64,000 nt of DNA from Anthoceros angustus (lineage: Eukaryota; Plantae; Anthocerotophyta). Made by a program: the position numbers and the translations under genes. Each line of letters starts with the position of its first letter. The stretch's first letter is position 1. The notes below the pieces were generated by a model. The model did no database searches. It saw only the letters and a list, made by a program, of their open reading frames with translations, and was not told where the DNA came from. The stretch spans positions 124,001 through 188,000 of the forward strand of contig VJWM01000003.1 in assembly GCA_010909165.1 (NCBI GenBank), given 5' to 3'. Shown piece by piece: positions 38,303 to 49,740 of the stretch.

Positions 38303-38378
38303 GGGGCATTTGAATTGATCAAATCACTTCATCCTACTTGGAGTGCTGCTGCTATTCAATCCACCTTGATGACCATAG
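38303..38378 (+). pseudogene. Isolated subtilase (S8) exon
   Basis: ELIKSLHPTWSAAAIQSTLMT matches the plant subtilase LKSxHPxWSPAAIxSALMT motif; bounded by cag| and |gtaagc. Confidence 0.7.
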
Positions 38379-39099
38379 GTAAGCATTTTAGGAACTATGT
38401 TAATTTCATCGGAATAGAACCTGACCTAACATACCCTATCCCAACCTCCATCTTGTTAAATTAAAAGTAAAAAACTGGAAGGAGCTTTAAAGTTTAGTAA
38501 GAAAATGCATACCAGAAAACTAGTTTAATAAGAAAATAAGAGATGAAAAGGAAATGCTTAAAACAATACTATTTGTTCCATTATCTTTTTAGGTTGTGCA
38601 TTCATTCCTTTTCATCTTGCATTTTTTTAATAAAATTTCAAAGCTTCCATTGGTTTTTCTAGTATAACAAAGTCTACTTGTTGAATTAAATAACTTGGAA
38701 AATTTTGACGCTTTGAAATGATCAGCTTTACAATCGCAACTTCAAAATTTTATAAAAAATGCAAGATGAATAGGAATGAATGTTCATAAATTTATACAAT
38801 AAAATGAATAAAATTATACAAGAAAATGCAAAGAATAATTTACCTTATACAATAAAATGCAAAGAACACTTTACCTTATGTAATAAAATGCAAAGAATAA
38901 TAAAACTTACAAGTTATTAGTTTTTCCTTTTCCAACTCCCACTATCAACATCTCATTGGTGAGGACTAATGAAATATTATATTAGGGGTATTATCTAAAT
39001 TAGGGCACCCTTCATATTGAAGGCCTAAATCTCTAATTTAAGTTATAAATTAATTTCTTAGGCTAGAATTAAATATCAGAATCTATTCCTCGTCCCGCT

Positions 39100-39770
39100 A
39101 GAGCTTGCCTTCGCTCTTGCTCAGGGAAGGGTGCAAGTTCGTGCCTCCTAGCCCGCCCTTGTCTGGTCCAACCACTAGCCTATTCTCTTCCGCCCTACTG
39201 CTGTGGGGCCTCCATCGACGATCGTGGGGCCCATTTAGCGCATTGTCCAATGGGTGGACAACGTATTGCTACACACGACGTCGTTCGAGACGTCATGTTC
39301 TCGATGGCCAAGGAGAGCGGTTTCTTCCCTTTCAAGGAGCGGCAGTATACTCTGCTCAATGGCGTCTCTATCATAGTTGACCTTTTCTTGACGCGGGGAG
39401 ACGAGGTCTTGGTTGCGGACGTGGTTGTCACTGAACCAACCAGAGATTTTGTTAGCGACCAAGTCATCATCAACCCTCCAGGTTGGGCGACGGAAGGGAG
39501 TGCAACTAAGAAAATTTACAAATACAAGCCCATGCAGCAAGGTCATATTTTCATCCCCCTTGGCATTGAAACCCTTGGGACCTTAGGTAAGGTTTCTTCT
39601 TGTTTTATCAAGGAGTGCGCAAGGGCCTACGACAACGACAGGGGTGGGGTTGGCCTCCCCCTTTCCAGTGTCGTGGCATATTTCGAGCAACGGGTTTCCA
39701 TTGCCCTGCAAAGGGCATTGGCCAATGCAATCTTTAAGACGATCACGAGTGCTGGAGACGGGGCATGAGT
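39100..39770 (+). mobile_element. 3' fragment of a restriction-like-endonuclease (RLE; CRE/R2-type) non-LTR retrotransposon
   Basis: CCGASIDDRGAHLAHC zinc finger, then ATHDVVRD, VDL, ADVVV, KIYKY, FIPLGIETLG, SIALQRA. Confidence 0.8.
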
Positions 39771-39945
39771 GGCACTAGTGGTAAGTAGGCCCTTCCCTAT
39801 CTCGAACGGCGACATCTTGGGGGCGATTGGGAGTTATAGGGTACATTAGTGCGGGTGCCTTGTCGTGGGTTGTCCCCTTTCGCCTGGGGGTAGATGGGAT
39901 TTCCCATCTCGTTTTTTTTATTAAGTCTCCACATTCCCCTATAGA

Positions 39946-39951
<6 letters not shown>

Positions 39952-40027
<76 letters not shown>
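39952..40027. repeat. (AT)n microsatellite, about 38 units
   Basis: Directly visible perfect dinucleotide run. Confidence 0.98.
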
Positions 40028-40029
<2 letters not shown>

Positions 40030-41149
40030 CATCTTGTGGACTATTATCGATATTTAACAAGATGTCGAGCAGAGGCACAACTAGGGCCTATATATCTAGG
40101 AGCTGCGATCCTAGTCTTCGTGGTCGAAATATACTACTTGTTGTACTTAACAAAGGTAACTACCTAAGGTTGTTTTCATCGTAAGTTTTCTTTTTCCAAG
40201 ATACTGTGGTTGTAATTGATCTTGAGTCTATGTGACAAAAATTTATTACTTGTTGTGCATTTTACCTTGTTTAAAAAGTGTTATTTGTTGTGTACTTTCA
40301 TGTAGGCAGATAAGGTTTTTTTTGTTACAAGTGTTTCAAGATGGGTTTCTTTGACACAAAAGAAGCAAGCGAACAACGTATAGCCACTTACAAAGCGTTT
40401 GAGGTACTTGGTAAGATAAAAGACTCGATGAGGAACAGCTTTCAATGGGTAAAAAAGAAAATGCCTCATGATCCAAGGCCAAAAATGGGAGATCCCAGAA
40501 CTCGTAGGTTCTATTTGCCTAAAAATAAGGAGTAATTAATAGATAGTAATTCGAATTCAAATTTCAAATTAAAGTATCTAGCTGGTGGAGGATGGATGTT
40601 TGGAAATGAAACACTTTAAGATATTTTCTTCTATTAAAAAATATTTAATGCTTAAAATTTTATATTATTCTAAAAGTTTTTAAAAACTATTCTTTTAATT
40701 TTTGAAGTGGTTCTTGGTTTATTGAATTTTTACATATTGGTGTCTATAAGCTGGGCGCCTGCTTCTTCTGTTGCCTCTCCGTCCTAGTCCGTCGGGCTCA
40801 ACTGGAGAGTCCGAAGTGGACCTTGTCACCACCGGGGCCACTGGTACCAGCTCCATTCCTGTCGTAGCAGCCGTTGGGGATTGCTTCTCCATTAATGGCA
40901 CCAGCAGGAGGGAATTGAGAATTTTTTCCCGGATTTCCCTTGGAGGGGAGGGAGTCCGTTCCAGACGGATGGCATCAGGGATGCCCTCCCAATCTTCCTC
41001 CTCCTGCGTGCGCCGCGTTTTGGTCCCCAGCAACATGGTCATGGGAGTCATATTCAAATTTATCATATTAATATTCTAAGTATGAAGTCTTTGTTACCAT
41101 TCTTAACCCCGAGGTTAGCTTTTATAACCTGCTGGGTTTGCGTAGGAGG

Positions 41150-42780
41150 TCTCAACTTGAAGGTAAGAAAGTGCTAGCACTATAAGAGGGCGCCGCCACA
41201 CCAAGAGCTGCAGAAGAGCCCCACACAGCATCGCGATGTGCGCGCCTATGCAAAGCCAGAGAAGAGGGGCGCGAGCTAGACAACAGAGGAGAAATAAGCA
41301 AGAAGCAAAGTAAAGGTGGAGGAAGGCAAAACAACCCTTCCCCCAAACGCCTCATTTCCGATGCAATAGACGAAGGGGTCGACTCCACTATAAGGCTGGA
41401 GTCTAGGCGATCGTCCACTGTAGGGGCCAAGGGGCACTGGCATGACGGCACCCCTCGGGAGGGTCATGCCACCACCGGCGAACCTAGGTTTCCAGCCATT
41501 GTATGGCCCCGGCATACCGACGCCCTCAACTCTAGGGCGCGGGAAAGCCGGCGCAGCGGACAATGCTGAAGTTCTATTAGGCGGTTCGCATCAGCAAGCT
41601 CCCTCTGGAGCTCCACGATGTCCAATTCTTGGCTCCGCCGATGGCTCTCCTCCACCCGAAGGCAGAGTTGGAGTCTTTCCACCTCTCGCTCATGGTCCCC
41701 AATCCGACCCTGGAGGATCCCGTTTCTTTTCTCCACCACCCGGAGCCGTAGCTCCAAGGTCTCATTTTGGCCCTCCACCATCTTGCGCGCCTCGTCCATC
41801 TCCTGGAGCTGCATCTGGAGCTCTCCCATCTCCCTCAGCTGCTCTTGCATTTCTGCCCCATGGGCCGTGTGCATTTGCTCTGCGGCCGCCTGCTCCTCCT
41901 TCAGGCAAGCTGTGGCTGCTCTAGCCGCCTCCCTCTAGTGGTTCCGGTCCTTGCGATAGTGGTCCCGGTCTGTCTTGGCGTTGGCCTCAGCTTCCTTGGC
42001 TCCTTTCAGCTGAGCCTCCAGAGCCTGGATCTCCTCCCTTCGTGTGGCCTCTTCCAAGTCGCGAGCGTCCTCCGCCTACTGACGTGCGACATCCGCTGGC
42101 ACCCTCGCTTCCTCCCTTTGCTGGCTCAAGGCCTCCGCGTGTGCCTGAGCCTCATGAGCGTGCTTCAATTGTTCACACAGCTAAAGCACCCGGGCCCGGT
42201 CCTGTTGGGCTGACCTCGCCTCCCTTTCCGCCGCCCGGCGCTTCTCCTCTTCAATCTGAGCCAGGGATTCCGCCTTCCGCCTGGCTGCCTAGGCTGCCTC
42301 CGCCTGGCCCTGGAGTTCCACCATCCACCTCCGGGTGGCTTCCACCTCCTGCATCCTCTGCAGTGCATAAAGTCCCTAGCGCCGCCAGACCCGCCGTGTC
42401 TCCTCCACGACACCGAGCGATCTCCATAAACCCGGGCGCAAGCATTTCCCGGTCCGTCAAGGACTGCCAGACCGTGCGACGGAGCAGGTCCGAGTTGGGT
42501 ACTCCGGACCCAATCAAGACCCTTAGGTCCTGCCCGTCCGGAGCAGGTCTTTCCACCTCTTTGGCCCGTTTCGCGGCCAACTCTTTCTCTGCCCTCCGAC
42601 GCTTGGGGTCCGGTGGGGGTGAAGGGTCCGGGAGCTAGCTCGCTTCCCTCTCCTCGTAAGGGAGAGAACTGGCTTTGGATGAGGCTGCTGCCAATTGCCT
42701 TCGGCGCCTTGCGCAGCGTCCCTCTCCGCCCTCCTAACAGCCACCTCTGCCTCCGCCCACTCCACGGTCATGGGAAGGGG
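41150..42780 (-). mobile_element. GC-rich degenerate coiled-coil ORF, probably retroelement-derived, unclassified
   Basis: Long heptad-rich stretch (EMQEQLREMGELQMQLQEMDEARKMVEGQNETLELRLRV...) broken by stops; no introns evident; no catalytic motif recognised. Confidence 0.4.
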
Positions 42781-43100
42781 GCACCGGTGCTGTCACTCTG
42801 GGCTATAGGTAGTTTCGAGATGAGCAATCGTAAGCATGATTGAACCTCTCATTTGAATAAAACTGGATAAAATTGTGAAGCCAAGACTGTCTGCAGTGTT
42901 TTGCACAACAGCAAATCACCACCAATTCACAACGCCGATATTGACGTTGTGCAATTTAGGCATGTCATGCAGCAGCAGCCCAGGACACGCAGCAAGGCTG
43001 GGACAGTTTCTTGAGAAGAGCTGATAACCGTCTCCCCGTTATTAACTTTATGATCACGTATGCAAGAGGTGGAAGATTTAATTCCTGGTCAAAGTTGGAT

Positions 43101-45894
43101 CTAAAGCCTGGAGCGGGCATCAGAGGCTGTACGCTGAAATGCTGTGTCCGCCTGAAAGCTGGGTTTACTGAGGGGAGACAGCCTCATGAGGGACCTTCGG
43201 GCCGAGAAGAGAATACCGAGGACTGTCGATAATGCAGCCACTGCACACACAACTACGATGATGATGATGGTTCTAGAGGGAGATGTCTTGGAACCAGCCA
43301 AAGCCAATCCGCCACACTCCTCACAGCACACCAGGTCCTTGTAGCTGTGCTTGGTGTCGGTTTGTGGGCAGATTGCAATGATGGAACTATTCCCGCAGTC
43401 TAGTTCAGTAGCTTTAGCCTGCAAAACAGAACTAGATTTTACACTGGAAAAGTCTTCAGCAAAGTGCTGGAAGAGTCTGCAACTACGGGGTGGTGTTGCC
43501 CTTACCACACTGCACTCATTTATAGTAGCTCGAGTGTTCAGAAAGGAGCCATTGCTTCTTGCTGCAAGGCTGCTTTCAACAAGCTGTTGGTAGACTCGGT
43601 CGAGGCCGGCCACTTGGACATCGATTCCTGCCACTCCAATGAGGTGCCCATCTGCGGATAAAGCTGGAATGTGGACATATGTACCCTGTGGTTAGTTAAT
43701 CTCTAGAGTCTTACGCTGTAGGATTAGGTGAGGCTAGGTGAAGAGATGTAGCAAAAGGCATGCAGTGGGTGGACGAAGGATACCAGAGGCGGCAACGGTT
43801 ATAATCTCCGTTTGAGAGTCATAATCTGTGTAGATAGGTTGCCAGAATACATTGCTTGATACGGAGATGTGAGATCGAGCCAAGAAGCTGTAATAGGATC
43901 TCAAAGCAGAGAGAGGATTTTCCACTTGCTGTAAGCTTAGCTCCTCGTAGTACCCCTCAACCTCACAAGCAACAGCACTGAGTGTTGCATCCTTGTTCCC
44001 AAGTTGGTAGACAAACAATCGAACCATGTTCCTTTGCAGCTGATCAATGACGGGAAGAAAGTCTGCTAGAGATGATGGGGACGATCCGTCTGTCAAGAAC
44101 AAAATAATCTGCAGCAGCATATGGAAACTTGGATGCTTCAGGAGGGCCACACTTCACGGCAGAAGATGGACTAGCCAGGATGAAGAGTACCTTTAGAGAC
44201 CCAGGCTTTGAACTGTTAAAAACCGGCACAGTCTGCATCAAGGCTGCTGTGGTGTTTGAGGATGCCATGATCGTAACAGTGGCATTCTGTACTGATAGAA
44301 CCAAGCCCTTGAACATAGGATCCTCTGTGTCTAAGTAATCACCCAAGACAGTATACTAGACCACCCAAAACCCCATTATAAATCAGTATGGGCAGTAGCC
44401 CCCTTCCAGGACGAGTGATGAAGCTGCCGAGAACAATATCTACGATTATCATGACCACATTTTCCAGTTGCTACGTTGAACCAGAAGCAAAATAGTTATC
44501 TCACTGATAACAGACCAAATGGACTTACCGATGTCCCGGAAAGAGATGAATCAGAAACTGTCATGACTGTTACACGATCATCTTCCGTGAGTGTGTTCAG
44601 TAGATTGACAGTGAGTTCCTGAGCACCAGCCAAAGGAGTAAGTATTTTCTGACTGACATTTGATTGATGTCCCATTGAAGGTCCATTGTCGATAAGCACA
44701 ACAATATCTTTGACCACTGATATGGCTCCACTATACCTGAACACCCCACAGTTCAAAACTTAGGCCACTGACAACTGATCTATGAAGCCCAGAGATTTAG
44801 AGTTCTCAATGCAGAACATTCTGAACATGGCCCACAACAGTATCTATGCGGCTTCAGTGAAAGCATTGGCACAAACTTATAAATCGAAGAGGTAGGTTTG
44901 CGACTTACCAAGGCCTGACACGTGGATCATAGCCCCGACAGCCTTCGGTCACCTGAAAAAGTTGGACAGACTTCCCATGAGATGACAGGAAGTCTGTTCC
45001 TTCCCAAACTCTTCAGAAAAGCTTGATCTCCACAGTATCAGGTTCTGGCCATTTCTAGCTATCCTGGAGGGTCAATGCTTGTACCAGCATCTGGATAAAG
45101 CATTCTGGCAGGGTTCTTACTTGTCCTGGATAGATCCGGGAGGAACCCTCAAAGGAGCCAAAGTAAATTGCAAAGAAATATTGCTGAAACTTTTGCTCAT
45201 TGTACACATCCAAAAATGTTCGATCCAGTAACCGCTGACTGCAAATGGAATTCCGCATCTGTATTGACAGAGGATCAGTATCATTTGTGGGAGTCCTGCA
45301 TCAACCCCAACCAGCCAGCAGAATGTTCCGCATTTAGCCAGAAGGTCTTGCTGAAGACAGAAAAGCCTCACAAACATCTCAGCAATCATAGCCATCACAG
45401 TAAAAACCTGGACAGAAGAGAGACGGCAGATGAGCCATTCCTTCGTCCACTGACCTTACAAAAGCCGTGTCCAGTAAAACTCTGTGGCTATTACAAGTTT
45501 GACTGCTGGTGGAAGTGCAGGCGGAGTTGTTGAGCAGAAAGCCACACTCATAGCTCGAGAAATCTTCGATGAGCGGAGCACAGGCCCCTCGAGAGCATTC
45601 ACAAGATGCCACCAGAGCTGCATGTTCACAAACCAGACGCAGCAGGGATCACAAGGCCCTCCTGGTGACCGACAACATCGAAGAAACCACAAGGAAACGC
45701 AAAAGGTTGAAGAAGGGACCACAACACCTACAGCAAGCCATAGCGTCATTGATCACGGCTTGGCTTGCAATGCTCAGCACCTGCCTCTCTAGCTCATCCA
45801 GAAAGACGTCCCCAGGCGTACTGCCACTCACACGAGACTTCCCAGAGACTGTGAATTGCAGCCAGTACAACAGCAGGAGCGGCCAGAGCCACAT
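43101..45894 (-). CDS. Divergent alpha2delta/CACHD1-like VWA+dCache_1 membrane protein, predicted intact, 9 exons, 572 aa
   Basis: Exons 45894-45732, 45617-45455, 45295-45121, 44952-44909, 44736-44529, 44355-44191, 44108-43784, 43663-43506, 43418-43101; GT-AG introns whose phases match the array copies; 1719 nt in frame. YFGSFEGSSRIYPG; YDPRVRPW|Y; FLTDG; FWQPIYTDY; LIGVAGID; CC..CG; TM. The last intron is in frame and less certain. Confidence 0.88.
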
Positions 45895-46675
45895 CGTTGC
45901 TGTCAGCTGCACGGATACGGATGCTCAGCAACCCGGTTCTTCATGCATGTCTAACGAAGAAACGACCTTCGACCTTGAGAGGAAGTGTGAACAGAGGTCC
46001 CGGAGCCGTCGGCATTTCTTAGAAGTTTTCAGGACTTGGGCTGTTGCCAATGCGACTTCCGCCGAACAGGGTGGGCCAGGGCAGACCATCCGGCTAGACT
46101 CATGCGCCAGGTATCTTTCGATAGTGTCACACGGCAGTCAACGAGACGGCAGCATTTCTTGTGCAACATCCAAACACCTTGCCATGCCCACCTTTCGTAC
46201 TCTACGTGTTGTCGAATGAGAGTTAGATTGGGAGAAAGCTCCCCATGCTCAAGAAGCCATCTGTTGGGGAATTCATTTAATTGGCTCGTCTTCACAGAAA
46301 ATGTGGGGAAAAGCTTCTTTGGGTTACTGGCCAGCACCCCAAGAGGCTGTAGGTGCAGTGTTCTCTGTTGAGTCCGTCGGCTGGAAGCTTTCGTTTCCCA
46401 GTCGTCATCTCCTGAAGCGCACAAGTTTTAAGGGCATGCAAGAGTTATACAGCGAACCATGTTATGTTTACCTTCATTAACATTCAGCAAAGAAGTACAA
46501 AGTTTCCCCGTTAGAAGATTGTGTGAATTAGACTTTGGAGTTGCTTTTGACGTTTATCATAAGTCTTTCAGGGACAACCTAGTGTCTCACATGGTGTACT
46601 TATCAGCGAAATGTGTAGGCTAGTAGGTGTCACACAGGTGCCATATTTAATTCAATTTCCCCGGTACAGTAACCT

Positions 46676-47887
46676 TCAAAACGTTTCAGAAGAATCTAGG
46701 GATGAAGCTGCTCTGAACTCATTGACTAGTTCCAGCATGTCCACCACTTGTGCCATGGTAGGCCTCTTAGAAGGCAGCTCCATGGTGCATATTAGAGCCA
46801 CTTTGAGAACATATAGAATCCCGCACTCTTGATCTTCAAGCGAAAGCTGAGAGTCTACACATCTTCTAACCCTGCCTTGCCCCATTCTCACTCTCACGTA
46901 ATGAGATAGTTTAATCACCCGTGTCCCTATTTGCATCACAGCTTGTTGGCCTGATACCATCTCCATCAGCAAAACTCCAAAAGCATAAACATCACATTCC
47001 TCGCTCAGCCGCGTAGGATGCCTCTCAAGCTCAGGAGCCAGATAGCCTAAGGCTGTGTGAAACGGTTGATCAGAAACCCGTAGTCCCATCAGAGGCAAGA
47101 GCTTCAGAAGCCCATAGTCTGAGAGATACGGGTAAAAGCTCTCACCTAGCAGGATATTGGTGGCTTTGACATTGCAATGCAGAAGTCGAGGCTTGCACCC
47201 GTGATGCAGATAGGCAAGGGCTTTAGCAATACCTAGGGCAATACGGCATCTTCGTGACCAACTCAAATGAACGCATGGGCGTCTTTCGTGTAGGTGATGG
47301 TGAAGACTGCCATTAGGAATGTACTCTGATAGAATAAGTTTCATCGAAGATGACCAGTAATAGCCTTGTATAGGCACCAAATTAGGATGCTTCAGCCTGC
47401 ACAGCCTGCTTATTTCGTGCTCAAACTCTCGCTGGGTGCTGATGCTTCCTAAGGTCTGAAGCTTCTTCACAACAACAAACTTGCCTCTCTGAAAACTGGC
47501 TTTGTAGGCTGCTCCCAAAGGCCCATGACCGATAAAGCAGTCCTTGTGAATTAAAGTCTTAGTCCCTTTTCCCAAATCGTCGAGGCGGTCGGGAAGACGA
47601 TTCAAGTTGAAGAGGACCAATTTGCCTACGACTGAATGGGAGGAAGGAGATGCTTCAGGTGTTGATCCATGATGCATAAGAAACCTTGTTTGTGGGGCCT
47701 TTCTTTTCTCTCGCAGGCTAATTACTGCGACCAGGACCACACCTATAAACAAAAGGCCAACAACAGAAATGGCCACGATGGCTGATACACTCAATGCATG
47801 TATCCCGGTGACACCTGAAGTAGGAGGGAAAGCCGTGATTAGTTCCTGACCTTGGTATTGCCCCTGATAGCTCGTTGTAGGATCCAT
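46676..47887 (-). CDS. TM + kinase ORF of LRR-VII (IRK/PXC2/At1g12460-like) type lacking the catalytic Asp, 403 aa
   Basis: ATG at 47887; TM helix; GKLVLF juxtamembrane motif; GHGPLG; VVKKL; HCNVKATNILL (HRD absent); SDYGL; GYLAPE; DVYAFG; RPTMAQVV. Uninterrupted. Confidence 0.85.
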   Translation of the reverse strand: MDPTTSYQGQYQGQELITAFPPTSGVTGIHALSVSAIVAISVVGLLFIGVVLVAVISLREKRKAPQTRFLMHHGSTPEASPSSHSVVGKLVLFNLNRLPDRLDDLGKGTKTLIHKDCFIGHGPLGAAYKASFQRGKFVVVKKLQTLGSISTQREFEHEISRLCRLKHPNLVPIQGYYWSSSMKLILSEYIPNGSLHHHLHERRPCVHLSWSRRCRIALGIAKALAYLHHGCKPRLLHCNVKATNILLGESFYPYLSDYGLLKLLPLMGLRVSDQPFHTALGYLAPELERHPTRLSEECDVYAFGVLLMEMVSGQQAVMQIGTRVIKLSHYVRVRMGQGRVRRCVDSQLSLEDQECGILYVLKVALICTMELPSKRPTMAQVVDMLELVNEFRAASSLDSSETF

Positions 47888-48830
47888 CCTGCATGTCCCG
47901 GTTCGAGTTGTTAGTCAGGTGGCATTCCTCTGAGGTCATTGCCCGCTACATCTATCTCTGGAGGGAAGGAAACATGCCCAATAGTGGCAACCAGCCTGAC
48001 AATTTGTTGTTGGAGAAAGCAGTCCATGACACGAGGGTACAATTAGCCAGGGTTTGAAAAAGAAAATGCAGAAACAGCGTTTTCAGACGTCAACAACACG
48101 AGCAAATTAGCTTACATTTGCTTTACTGGAAGTCTGAGGATACTCGGTATGGCAGCACAAAGACCAAAATCTGGAGGAATCACCTGACATTGTTATACGA
48201 GATATCATAAATGAAGAGCAGAGCAATTTTTAAATGGAAAGGAAGGAAGAGATCAGTCCAGAGAGTTGATTGAAGCAGAAGGACGTCATGCAACATGTTG
48301 CATTGAAAGATAACCTGCGGATGGAGACTGCCAGACGACAAGGCGTTGATACTGGCATCCAATAGGGCCGATTAAGTCAGGTAGGAGATGAATACGGGAG
48401 ATGTCCATGTACCAGCTGGTAACTCGTTTTTAGGGACAATAGTGAGTAGCAGAAGACGATCCCAGCAGGAATACCACTTGTCGAAAAAGTGTCTCGCAGG
48501 GTAAGAACTACCTAGTACTGCAGAAACGTGAGATTGCCGATGCTTTCAGGTATGTCATCCTGGAGGTAGTTGGATCCAAGTCGATAACCTCCAGACTGGC
48601 GTACGTACAGTACATGGCTATGGATGCCCGTGTTAATCTGTTTCTAGGACATCATGAGATAGATCAGATTTGCTGCAATCGTACTCCAACATTCTAGTAG
48701 CTTCTAGTCCTACGAGCCCATCTAAGTATAAACTCCCAATACAGCCGGAATTTCTTCTGTGAATGCTCGATTCCTACTCAGATTCAAATAATGTAGGTCT
48801 CCGAAAACCTTTCCGGCTTCTTACGACTGT
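47888..48830 (-). pseudogene. Decayed LRR ectodomain of the same RLK
   Basis: LHYLNLSRN, LEVIDLGSNYLQDDIPESIGNLTFLQY*, LLDASINAL, YDISYNN, FSNNKLSGWLP, SYNELSGAIP in shifting frames with stops; cut off by AT-rich DNA at about 48835. Confidence 0.8.
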
Positions 48831-49049
48831 GACAGGTAATAATGTTTAATAAATATGAGAAATTATATATTATATTATAAGTATATTTATTTAGAAATAT
48901 ATAAATAAATAAAATTCTACATTTATCTTGATTTTTTTTCATTAATATATGTGAGATTTACTGCATATCTTGTAGGAATTTTTGTATGGTTAAGTGCTAA
49001 GGGCTGTCCGCATCGGGAAAAAAAAGGTGCTAAGGGCTGATTTTATGTA

Positions 49050-49480
49050 AATGAAAGTGAGTAAGCTCTACTACTCATCTTCATGAGAGTATGGGTTTAG
49101 GGTTTAAGCTTAATGTATTGATGAAAGTGAGTTTGTCTTAATTACTCAACTTCATGTAAGCATAAGTTTAGGGTTTAAGCTTAGAGTACATTGACAAAAG
49201 TGAGTTTGTTTTCGACTACTCTTTACCTCTAGAGTAAAGTGAGTTTATCTTCGACTACTCCTTAGCTCTAGAGTGAGTACAAGTTTAGTGTTAAAGCTTT
49301 CAATGTGCTAATTGAAGTAAGTAAAATGAGAGTTTGTCTCTCAACCTCTCACCTCTATAATGAGTATGGGTTTAGAGTTTAAGCTTTGAGTATATGTTAA
49401 CGAAAATGAGTAAAAAAAAAGTTTATCTCGATCTTTAGAATCAGATTGGGTTTAGGATTTAAGCTTTGAATGTGCTAAAA
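49050..49480. repeat. Degenerate tandem repeat (about 70-80 bp) carrying gggtttagggtttaagctt
   Basis: Variants of (g)ggtttag(g/a)gtttaagctt and aaagtgagtttgt recur about 5 times. Confidence 0.65.
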
Positions 49481-49740
49481 AGTGAGAAAAATAGAAAGCG
49501 CAATGGATAAGGGAACAACTATCATGCATCAGAATTAATTTATAAAGTATATGAAGGGGTAATTTATAATAGTGAATGGTAATTTATACTTTGCAAAAGG
49601 GGTAACAATGGTAAGCAAGGACACCAGTTTCAGGTTGGCCCCAAGTAGTGCATCCTAGAGAAGAAATGTTCAGCAGCCTTGTATGTCGAAGGATGGACAA
49701 TAGTCACTCACACAAACACTCCCAATGTACTGCATCATGA

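Noticed and set aside
39775-40078. IYIYIY ORFs
   Set aside because: Translations of the (AT)n microsatellite.
41442-42638. Pro-rich plus-strand ORFs as extensin-like genes
   Set aside because: Antisense of the Glu/Arg-rich coiled-coil frame; no signal peptide or SPPPP repeats.
49050-49480. Interstitial telomere array
   Set aside because: At most two consecutive TTTAGGG-like units per monomer.
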